Positions 1 through 10,100 of a stretch of 64,000 nt of DNA are shown here, in pieces. Position 1 is the stretch's first letter; each line of letters opens with the position of its first letter. Both the position numbers and the translations under genes were made by a program. Below the pieces are notes generated by a model. That model was not told the DNA's origin. It made no database searches and worked only from the letters and a program-made list of their open reading frames with translations. This stretch comes from Phoronis australis (Eukaryota > Animalia > Phoronida). Location of the stretch: assembly GCA_002633005.1 (NCBI GenBank), contig NMRA01000013.1:796995-860994 (forward strand), given 5' to 3'.

Positions 1-393
1 TAGACACGTTTTGTTGAAAATTTGGCAAGATGGGATGGGAAGAAACTTCAGTCGATTTTGAGTACTGAATGTAGCATTGCAGGGTCCAGTTTGTGACTTC
101 AGATGGCCGACGGTGAGTTCAGCTGGAACCTAACTCGTCAAATACAACTTAAAATCTCAGTTGCTCAATGGCTTGACCTTGAAATTCCACCGATCATTGC
201 TGCTTTCAAGGGTACTAGCATTTTCTTAAAGCATCCGATGCTACCTTATGGTGGAGAATTAATTCCCCACGCAAATGTATAATCGTCAAAGACTTTTCAA
301 ATGCAGCTACCCGTGATTGAATTTCCAAAGAACGTGCTTGAATGAAGGACTGTTACCAAACTAACCAAAGTATGAGACAATTACGCGACGAAC

Positions 394-525
394 CTTTGTA
401 GAAAATTCCCATGAAGCCTTTCTTTTCAGAGAGTAACCATTTCTTGAGTCTTGGTACTCTCTTGACATAAGCACATGTGCAGATCAAGAGTAAGCCAAAT
501 ACAAACAGTCCGTCGAAGGAGTACG
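394..525 (-). CDS. TMEM167B: Protein kish-B (TMEM167B-like), internal exon 2; final exon lies left of the window
   Basis: ttgcag|CG...AAA G|gttcgt, 132 nt, phase 1-1. Encodes [43 protein letters not shown], closely matching human TMEM167B as recalled ([43 protein letters not shown]). Confidence 0.93.
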
Positions 526-1352
526 CTGCAATACAACAATGAGTAAAAATCATACAAGGATCAACTGTACTGTACGCATTCCATTAGTCTGCACAAACTG
601 CCTCCTCCTGCAACTACAGGTTGGTAGATAACCTGTACACACAGTTTGTTTGCCCTACTGAGAGTTATCTGTGGAATTTAGAGAAGATATTTTAGTCAAA
701 GACTCAAAATACAAAAATTTTTGAAAAGAAAGAACCACAGCAAAATCAGACCAACATGCCAGCATTATTTACTTGGTTGCATGCAAAAAACAACAACTAC
801 CAGTCAAATTGTTCTTGTGACAATAAGTATGGCTTATTTACATGTCTATTATGACAAAATACTATAGTCTCAAATTAACAAACTCTTTAGTAGTTCGAGT
901 TACAGTGTAAGGGAAGCGATCATTTAAGTACTGTAGTTCAGTTGAACCAATTTATTTTTTTCTATTATGAACTCTCTTGTATGGATAAAGATTCACATTT
1001 AAGTTGAAGCGTTTGTAGTGAATCATTTTCGTACAGCAACACATCCATATCCTGCAGATTACACTGGTTTCAATGGAATAACAAAGTGTTCGTTCTTTAG
1101 CCGTAAGTGGTCGAAGTCACAAGTTTGCTTCTTGCATGTAATGTGGGTTTTGAAAGGACTGAAAGCTCGTTAATGCATGATACAATGCTAAGCACATACC
1201 ATGACACATAGTGACATGACAACTTGTAGACACTGATGGCTGAATAAAGGAACAATCCATTCTTTCAAAACTCAAAGCCTATCATCAGAGTAAGGTAAGG
1301 TAAGGAACAAGTCGAGACAATGCATTAAATGGGAACATGGGTTTTATTAGCC

Positions 1353-1394
1353 TTGGTACAAAGCTGTATACTAAATATACAGCCTTGCACCAAT
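1353..1394. repeat. Short imperfect palindrome/hairpin
   Basis: ttggtacaaagctgtata-ctaaa-tatacagccttgcaccaa; arms complementary with about 2 mismatches. Confidence 0.6.
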
Positions 1395-2239
1395 GTGGGT
1401 AAAAAAGTGGTAAGATAAAATATGACACAAAATTAGTTTCATTAAAAACTACAGTCTTCCTAGAACTAAATTATTTAACGGTGTAGGAAAAATGGTGGTC
1501 TACCGTTATTCCACTGCTAAATTTGTAGAGCGATCTTTAGCGACGGCTTTCAGCACCATGAAATGTTGCGTCACCTATTGACCAGTTTCTTGTTTGACCG
1601 ATTCAGTCTTCAATCAACTGTTGTTCTTTCACCAGGTTGCGTACACGTCTCAACAAATTATCGGCACTGGTTTCACTTCATTACAAGTTTTTAGAATTTT
1701 GATACCGAAAAAACGAATTTCAGAAGAAATTTTGCTTCTGCCAAGCTATCATCATCTCCCGAGAGATGTTGCAAAGATTTAAGAAATGGCGCGTGCGTGT
1801 GACATGAGCGTACTGTTTTCCAAACTACGACATATTAATCATTGTTAGAAAAGGCAGAGAGTGACGAAAGAAAATGACATTTATTGCATTGTTTTTCACT
1901 TGAATGGCTGTAATGGGCAAGGTGAGTATCGGTTGATTCCCAGATTTTGCATGCACCCCATCCGGTCTTTAGCTTTACATATTGATACAAGTTTCACGGC
2001 GAGGTGACGACCAGAACTACCCTGGCTATGTGTAATTTGGGGTCTACGGAAGAAGAACACACAGTGGTACCAAGCTGTATTTTGACGACAGTCTGCATAC
2101 AGCTAGCTCTAGCTGGCTGGCTACAACGCCAGAAATTTGTAACAAGCACTACTGCGCATGCGCTAAATCTTGCCAGCAGCCCTCCATAAGAAATACACAA
2201 GAACAGGCTATAATCAGGAATTTATAAGTGAGGGGAGAT

Positions 2240-2550
2240 AACTACACAATTTGCCGATAGTCTGTCGCATAGAGTATATGTTAAGACTTGTTACTGCCAA
2301 ATATCAGCGCCACTGGCGAAAATTTTTCCACGTCTCTTGAAGTTTGAAGTTTGCCCCGTTCAGGCCTATGTTAACGATCGTCCGGAAGCCAATATTTGAG
2401 CGCATAGCTCATTTTGAAGTCAAGTTTGTGGCTGAATTCATTTTGCCAGCGGATTTGCCGATAGCCTAGGTGACTACCAGGAGTACTCAGAGGTTGTTGA
2501 TCCAAATTTCATGCTGTTTTTCGAAAATTTTTCCACGTCTCTTGTGTTCA
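2240..2550. repeat. Degenerate ~205-bp direct repeat (probable TE remnant)
   Basis: atttgccgatag at ~2249 and ~2453; cgaaaattttt(t)ccacgtctcttg at ~2317 and ~2522. Confidence 0.5.
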
Positions 2551-3403
2551 GAAAATGGATCCACGTACAGTGCTCTGTGATGAAATGTTGCTGATCGCTT
2601 GGCTGTCTTGAAATGAAATTTGCATTCTGTAGATGAGAGATTGGCTCAGAATCGGTAAGAAACTGTTATGTTCATTTTATCATCTGTTAATGCAATATAG
2701 GTTTCGCCAGCTGTGAGTAGTTGATACTATAGTTATCTTCAAAATGCTGTTTCGTTTTTTGTGACCCTCAGTACGTTGTCCTTCGTCTGAATTCAATACT
2801 GTTACATTGGAGTGGATTCCGGACACAAATATGTATTGGTAAACACTTGAAAAATAATAAAAAGCGCTTTGGCAGCCCGCTTTAAGTCAATGCAAGCACA
2901 CGCGGCTGGCTGGCGTTCAGTTCACTTTTGTTGTGGTTATGTGTACAAGTTAACAGAGAGCTGTGACCCGGTGACCCAGCTAGCACTGTCATACTGTAGA
3001 CCGTGGGATTCCAGAAATTCCAAATACTGTTATTGTAAACTTGACAAGTAGTTGCTCTGCAGACTACATACTGACTTCGGCTCACTCTAATAGAGCCAGG
3101 CAAGCTTCCTGACCTTTAACCTTACTATGCGTTGTTATGATTGGTTAGGGACATTGCGCTAAGCGTCACCTAGCGTATCAAAAATGTTACAAATTTCTGG
3201 CGTTGAGGGTTTATACTGTTATTACTGCTTTAAATTCAAAAACACAATAGTCAATAACCAAAAAAGGCACAGGTCGGATATAGCAATCCCCAATTTAGAG
3301 GTCAGGTTCACTTGTTGAATAATGGGCCCATTCACATTATTCATTGTCAGAAACCAGCTTTCCCTGAACACCAGCAATTTGCCTGATTTTCTCTCGTCTG
3401 ACA

Positions 3404-3509
3404 CACAGGCGTTCTCAGCTTCTGACCGTCCCCAATACACTACATATAATACTAGTAGTAGTATTATATGTAGTGTATTGGGGATGATCAGAAGCTGAGG
3501 ACCCCTGTG
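3404..3509. repeat. 106-bp near-perfect palindrome (foldback/MITE-like or hairpin RNA)
   Basis: Perfect 26-bp arms 3429-3454 and 3459-3484 around a 4-nt loop, extending to ~51-bp arms with about 4 mismatches or wobbles. Confidence 0.85.
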
Positions 3510-3592
3510 GTCTGACACATTGACATACTCGGTGACCGGGACCGCTACATCCGATGTGCCCTTTAAGAGTGTTTAACAACATGAACATTCAC

Positions 3593-3599
3593 CGTTCAT
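3593..3599 (-). CDS. TMEM167B: Candidate TMEM167B-like coding exon 1 (ATG AAC G)
   Basis: aaaATG AAC G|gtgaat is a phase-1 donor that splices to exon 2 to give MNAYSFDG..., similar to MTNVYSLDG. It lies next to the putative promoter. Other ATG+donor candidates exist (e.g. ~1199). Confidence 0.5.
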
Positions 3600-3729
3600 T
3601 TTTATGAAGCAAATGGCAAAGAATCATCGGATCCCATAGAACAGTATCACGGTTACAAACACGAACAAGCACAGGCGTTTGCACAACAACGACAATAAAT
3701 ATTCCTTCTTTGCTTTTTCAAAGTTGTTG

Positions 3730-3930
3730 ATGTCGTGGAACGGAAATGAACATTCACTAAAAAAGTCTTCGACTATTTTGTATGTACCTAAGTTAAAAAA
3801 TCAAGTTATATTGGCATGAGTGTTTGTATATTTTGGAATTGAAATTCAAGACGCAGTTTTTACATAAAAATAAGACCACATATATTTCGAAAATTATTTT
3901 TCAACTCGCGGAAATTCAGTGCGCATGGTC
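3730..3930. promoter_or_regulatory. Putative bidirectional promoter between TMEM167B-like (-) and IARS1 (+)
   Basis: Head-to-head candidate first exons; ETS-like cggaaatg (~3741) and gcggaaat (~3908); NRF1-like tgcgcatg (~3920); local CpG enrichment. Confidence 0.45.
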
Positions 3931-3985
3931 AAAGGTCCGGCGTGAGAGTGATTTCCTGTGTTCGGCGATTGCCGTGGCGGGTAAG
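3930..3985 (+). other. IARS1: Candidate non-coding first exon of IARS1
   Basis: CpG-rich stretch ending in tandem donors G|gtaagg (3981) and AG|gtaata (3986). The ATG exon starts after an acceptor (tacag|6986), so an upstream UTR exon is required. Start coordinate is approximate. Confidence 0.45.
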
Positions 3986-4522
3986 GTAATATACATATTG
4001 CAAGAAAGATTGAAAAGTTGAATGATAGAATGTTGTAGACTCTAGTATATTGATTGTAATTTATGTAGAAAATATTTGAGTGCTCGCAAATTATAGATAA
4101 CCACAAGAAGTAACCCGACTTTTTTGTTTTCATTTTTGTTTTCATTTTTCGGAATGTCACTGTCTGGCAAAAGTTGGTGAAGTGTATAGTCCTATTGTGT
4201 TGCTCCATATTTCATCACCCTTCTAGTTTCACTTTATTGTTGGCAAATTTGCAGCAGCAGTTGATTTTAACGTAGTCTTGCCTCTGTCTCATTTTCTATT
4301 TTTTTTCATCCTGACGTTTCGAGAGCTTTATGCCATAAATTATGGCAATTATCCAAATTTTGTGCACTTTTTGGATATCGATCCGATATTGTCTCTGATT
4401 TAGCCCTTATCCTGCTGAACCTTTATTCAGACTACTTCCCTGTGTGCTGAGCTAGGTAGGTCACCACTATTTGTGTACACTAAGCTGTTATGAAGGTTAT
4501 TCAGACTAATGACCTAACAATA

Positions 4523-6268
4523 GGGACGTGACAAAGTCTTGTCTCAACGCTGATTGGCTTTTCCCAGATATTGCGTAATGGCGATTATCGATAAGACAGC
4601 CATTGTCTCACGGTGGCTATAGTATTTCAGCTCTCTCTCCTCCAGAAACCAAGAAAACAGGGAACCACATTATTGATGACGTAGACCGTAAATTCTTCTG
4701 GGCATACGTCATTTTCTTTGTTGAATTTTCATTCTTGTCAAAGCATGTCACTGGTGAGAAGTTGGGGGAATTTTTCGCTCCTGTTTGACTGCTTGTATTT
4801 TGAAAGGTAAGTTATTTTCTCTTATGAAATGTGTTCTTTATTCTTATTTTATATCTTTTGCAACTGCTCACCAAATTTCAATTCAATCAAATCACCGTAT
4901 CATGGTCTGCTAACTCCGTAAAAATTAAGACCCGAGGCAGGCATTCTCGCCAACCAGCCATAACGGACCAGTGTATCGGCATTGCCGTTTATGGTTAACA
5001 ATTGCTCTTAAATTAGGTAGATTGACTAGTTTATGTAAATTAATAGCAGAATTGATCAATTTGGATGAAGTTCCATACATTTTCATGTGTAGTTTTTGTA
5101 TATCAATGACTTTGTAAGGTGTAGTATAGGTAATCTTGGTCCGGCGAATTTTGGTCACGTGATCAAATCCCAGAGATTTGATTGGCTCAAAACCTGAATT
5201 CTTTGATTATGTTGAAGTGTGATTTTGGCTAGATTTTCTTCACAATATTGCCATGATTTNNNNNNNNNNNNNNNNNNNNNNNNNNNNNNNNNNNNNNNNN
5301 NNNNNNNNNNNNNNNNNNNNNNNNNNNNNNNNNNNNNNNNNNNNNNNNNNNNNNNNNNNNNNNNNNNNNNNNNNNNNNNNNNNNNNNNNNNNNNNNNNNN
5401 NNNNNNNNNNNNNNNNNNNNNNNNNNNNNNNNNNNNNNNNNNNNNNNNNNNNNNNNNNNNNGTCAAGCAAAAATTTGTTCTTAAAGTTGAACGAATCTCG
5501 TTTTGGTTTCATTTATCTTGTAAAATTGTATTACTACAACTACTTTTCTGTTATGGGTGGCAGCCATCTTGGCAGCCATTTTGTACAAAATAAACATGTA
5601 TGCATAACACAATTGTATGATATCCGTGCAGTTCATAAAAACACATTTAATATTCATTTATTACGTGTACATCATGGTTACATGGTTGCTGAATCAATCT
5701 CTTCTTGTGGTCGTTAATGCAGTAATGTTGGCAGCCATTTTGGCAACTATTGCGGAAATGTCGAAAATATTGCCTAAACATGTTTTTCTCCATTCTCTTC
5801 AAAAAAGCAATGAAAAGACCTATCATTTGGTATATCACACCATATAGTTTGTTAATGGTATATTACACCATATAGTTCATTAACGTAAAACAATAAGACG
5901 TTTTTGCAGTCATAATGGTGGCCATATTGTCCGCCATTTTGGAATTTGGAATTTTTTGTTTTCTTAAAAATGTTTCTCACCAAGTAAATGCTAGGATTGT
6001 CATATCCTGAAATTTTCATGTTGTTATTAAAAGTATTGAGGAAGTTATTGTGAAAAAACTAATTTTGGGTCACATGAATGCGCATTTACTCCCATGTATT
6101 CAGAGGACTAAAAAAAAGGGCTAATTATCGCTCTTCAAACGTTCATAAAAAGTCAACGGCTTAATGGATTTTGTTAATTTTTTTTTGTTTGACTCTGTTT
6201 TTGATGTTTTATTAAATCAATGCATTTTTAAATATTAAATAAGAATTTGAAATTTTTTGTCACGTCCC
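4523..6268. mobile_element. Non-autonomous DNA transposon with terminal inverted repeats (spans an N gap)
   Basis: atagggacgtgacaaa (4520-4535) is the exact reverse complement of tttgtcacgtccctat (6256-6271); TA on both flanks of the GGG/CCC termini; internal degenerate gcagccatcttggcagccattttg repeats. Confidence 0.7.
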
Positions 6269-6992
6269 TATCCTTTAACAATTTTAAATTGGAAATTTGA
6301 AGGGGAAATGTTAATTTCACAGAAAAGAAGACAACATAAAAGTTGTCCAGAATTTAAAGGAGATTTTCACCATATCGTAAATCTTCATCATAGCCTTAGT
6401 GAAAGTAAACTGATCCACTGTCATGCTCTCACTCTGGCTCCAGCCATATAACGATAAAATGAAACTATATGTTTTTTATTTTACATAAACCTGCCTATAT
6501 CTCCCAAACTAGTAATCACAGTGGCTTAAATCAGAGAAATGTAGAGGAAACTGTGAACTATGGAATGCGCATGCTCACATATCTAAACAATGTTCCAGGG
6601 CTCTTACAATTTCTGAATGAAAATCACAAGTGTCCTGGGGTGAGTGCACTGTCCTAGCGCAGCCCAGCTGCAGCATATTAGTCGATTGAGTACACCCAAT
6701 GCATTGTAATAGGATAATTGGCATGTTGGCTGAGCTTGCCTAGCGCAGGGTAAGAGTTAGAAAACCAGTTTCATCCACTAAGTATCTGCTTTAGCGGCGC
6801 AGCACTTCCTCATGGTGCACCGCCCGTGATCTGGCCCGTTACTCAGTGATTGCTTGGTTCTCTTAATCAGGGACTGCTATATCCGACCAGTGCCCCATTT
6901 TTCCTTAGTCACCTTCTTTGGCTTTGTTATTTTTGTATTTGTTTTCTTTTGCAGCTGAATCACAGTACTCTTCTATTATTTACAGATAAGAC

Positions 6993-7108
6993 ATGGCACA
7001 GTCCCATGAGCCTATTAACTTCCCGAAGACGGAGGAAGAAGTCTTGAGATTATGGAAGAATATTGATGCGTTTCAAACGTGTTTGAAACAGTCAAAGAAT
7101 AGACCACG
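6993..7108 (+). CDS. IARS1: IARS1 coding exon 1
   Basis: [38 protein letters not shown]; donor gtttgt. Confidence 0.95.
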
Positions 7109-10100
7109 GTTTGTTGATGTCTTTTCAACAGTTTGGGTCATCTATATTTTTTCGTAATGTCATTTATCTAAATTTTTATGTAAAATTTCCTTTTTCAATG
7201 CTGGTTCGGGAGTCGTGATCAAACTTCAGCTGATTCATCTGACAGCCTATTTTACTATACAGTGCTTGATTTGGCGACCTGCTTGTCGTCAGTGCAACCT
7301 CAGATTGTGTTTGGTGACCTGAGCAAAATTCCAAGTTGCCACAAAGTCGCCACTCCGAGTGTCAAAGTCTGACAATAATTCCCACTAAATTTGTTTCAAA
7401 GTTCGTGTTGACTTCCATACTTTATATTACTAACAGTTTTCCAATATTATTACCTTTGATTCACAATTGCACTGTGCAATCGACGCATTTACCACCGGGT
7501 TTAAATTACAGCCAGCAGTCGGAATTATGAAATGCAAGTTTTGATTCATCCAGGCATATCAATTGTGGAGTGAATTGATTCACTTCACTCCACAACAGAA
7601 GTCAGATTTGCTCGGCAAAAATCGGGCAAGATCGCCGAAATTCGCCCCTCTAGCCCATGCAGTAGTCTGTGTTTTATGTTTGTTCGCCAGCGGGAGGAAT
7701 TTAATTAGAGAATGAAGGTACGGCTACATTTTGGTATTCACAGGAAAAATGGGTGGAGGTATGACCGTCCCACCTTTTTTGGTCGACTAACTTTTCTGAT
7801 GATGCCTGAATAAGAATTTAGAAACCTGGGAATTGGTTTAGGCTCCAGCCTGGAGATTTTCAGTTTTGGCGACCCTGGATTTTTGCCAGGTCGCCAAATG
7901 CGACTTAGCGTTTAGCTAAGCGTTGAGCGCTGCTATATGATTAAACGTGTGCCTTCTGTCTAAAACCTTCTTTTTATTCAGGCCCTTTGCTGTTACAAAA
8001 TCTGCTGTGTCTTGTTCCTTATAATTTTAAAGCTTGACCGTGACCTTTAAGTTGTTTGTCTCTGCCGGTTAGTTTCAGTCATCCAGGCAGTATGGTCATC
8101 ACGGAAATTCCATATGTTGTTTATTTCATCTGATAACAATGCGATGATGATCCTTTGGAAGAGCAAAAATGTTCATTACGTTGATTTATACTTATGACAA
8201 CAGAACGTAGGTTATTGCCGCAAGTCATGCCATAAACCCTGCGCTTTCAAAATAAGACATTTATTTTATTATAAGGGTTTAGGTTTAGTTTTCTTATGAT
8301 ATTTACGTCCAGGGCCCACGGTCGAATCTCTGTACGAGAAGCTCGACTCAAAGAATTAAGCAATTGCATGGTGTGCTTCAAGTCAACTTACAAAGTTGTA
8401 CACAAATCCCGTGGTGTGATTGGTTGGGAATCGAGTCGGTCGAGTCTTGAGTTTTTAGATTAGAGTCCGGGTCCAGATGGCATGCCAAGTGAATTCTGGA
8501 CTTGGATGAAGTGAGACAGTTTTTAATTGCTTCTTACCAGGGTCGTCTTGTGTTTGACTGTAGGCTGAGCATAGTCTCCAGCTATAACCAACTGTCATTT
8601 CTTTCCCACACTGATTACAGAGCAACCCTACAGAAGCTTTATAGCAGGAGGTGGTCTGCTAAATAAAAAGTTTGTTTCTTTGGCAGAATTTAGGTTTTTC
8701 ACAAGACCTGCATCTTGTATAGTTGACATGGGTTGTTATCTGTAATGGTCAACCACGCCTCGGCTTTGGAGTGACTGAATAAGTCAAGATAAGAATTCCC
8801 ATTCATAAACCAAAACTTCATTTTACTTTCCTAACTTGTTCACCTGATCCACTGCAGTTACACGTTCTATGACGGTCCGCCTTTTGCCACCGGTCTGCCT
8901 CATTATGGCCACATCCTGGCCGGCACCATTAAGGACATCGTGACGCGCTGGGCGCATCAGAGTGGCTACCATGTGGAGAGGAGGTTTGGCTGGGACTGCC
9001 ATGGTCTGCCTGTGGTTAGTGGTACTTCTCAAATGTTTTAGCAAAAAACAAAAAAACAATGGAAGAAAAATGGAGATGTTGATCGTATATACACTTGCAG
9101 TTACTTAACACAAGCGATAAAAAAAAAACAAAAAAAAAAACAAGCGATAGTCATTTAATTTTGCTTGATTGTATGGTATGTAATGTTGCAATGATTTGAT
9201 GACTTGTCGCTAAAGAGAAACATCAAAGTGATTCCAAAACAGTAAAATCAGTTCAGTGATTTTGCCAAAACAAATGAATTGCAAAATTCTCGTACATGAG
9301 ATGATGTCGCCACAACCAGACGCAAATCTTCGCATGGAAATGAAGGACAGCGTCGTCTGATGATTGCTAAAGATAACGTCACTCAAAACCGATTCAGAAT
9401 CAAGCCCCTAATCAGCAGTGGTTTCCGAACAGTTGATTCTGAAAATTTTCCCGGAGTTTAATGAAAAATATGTCTTAAAGGAAAAGGAACGTGATTGTCA
9501 TCAATGTGATGTCACTGTTGTTATGGTAACATAGAGAACACAGAGTGCCTCAGAAAAAGGCTTAAAAACAATGCTACATGGAAAATAAAACATCCTCAGT
9601 CACCATCTTAATCAAACATGAAACCAAATACAATGAAAAAATGAAACGTCAAAATTTTTTAGACCATAAGTGCCAAAAAGTATAGCATGATGTGAGATAA
9701 TATTTTCTTTTGTGATCGTGTAGGAATACGAGATTGACAAGACACTTGGTATCCGTGGCCCTGATGACGTGGCAAAGCTTGGCATTGACAAATATAATGC
9801 TGAGTGTCGGAAAATTGTCATGAGATATTCTGCCGAATGGGAGGTAAGTATCCATGTTGATCAACTGTTGTCATGAGATGCTCTGGGGAACGTGGGGTAA
9901 TTGTTCATTTTGACGGTCTGTGGGTTTAGTGGGAGATAATCGAGCATTGTACTAGTTTGAATTGTCCCAGAACATTTTTATTATTATTCATCCAGAATAT
10001 TACTAATTTTCATCTCTGTCTAGCATTAGGTAGATTAGCCTCCATGGATTTGTGAGCAGTGCTCGTTATTAGTGGCGCCCAATAAGAATGACTCACCCCA

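Noticed and set aside
165-202. Minus-strand aaag|CA GCA ATG ATC GGT (AAMIG) resembling the start of TMEM167B exon 3 (AAVIG)
   Set aside because: Similarity stops after 5 residues and no second hydrophobic helix follows; the true exon is probably left of the window.
1199-1208. Alternative TMEM167B first exon ATG TGT CAT G|gtatgt
   Set aside because: Gives MCHA, a poorer match to the expected N-terminus than MNA, and has no promoter-like context; not fully excluded.
4308-4330. Minus-strand gctctcGAAACGTCagg, the 3' half of a hammerhead
   Set aside because: The CUGANGA half is absent, so at most a truncated remnant.
5155-5717. Long ORFs here and at 35501-36201
   Set aside because: Artefacts of translating through N gaps; the flanking peptides are unrecognisable.
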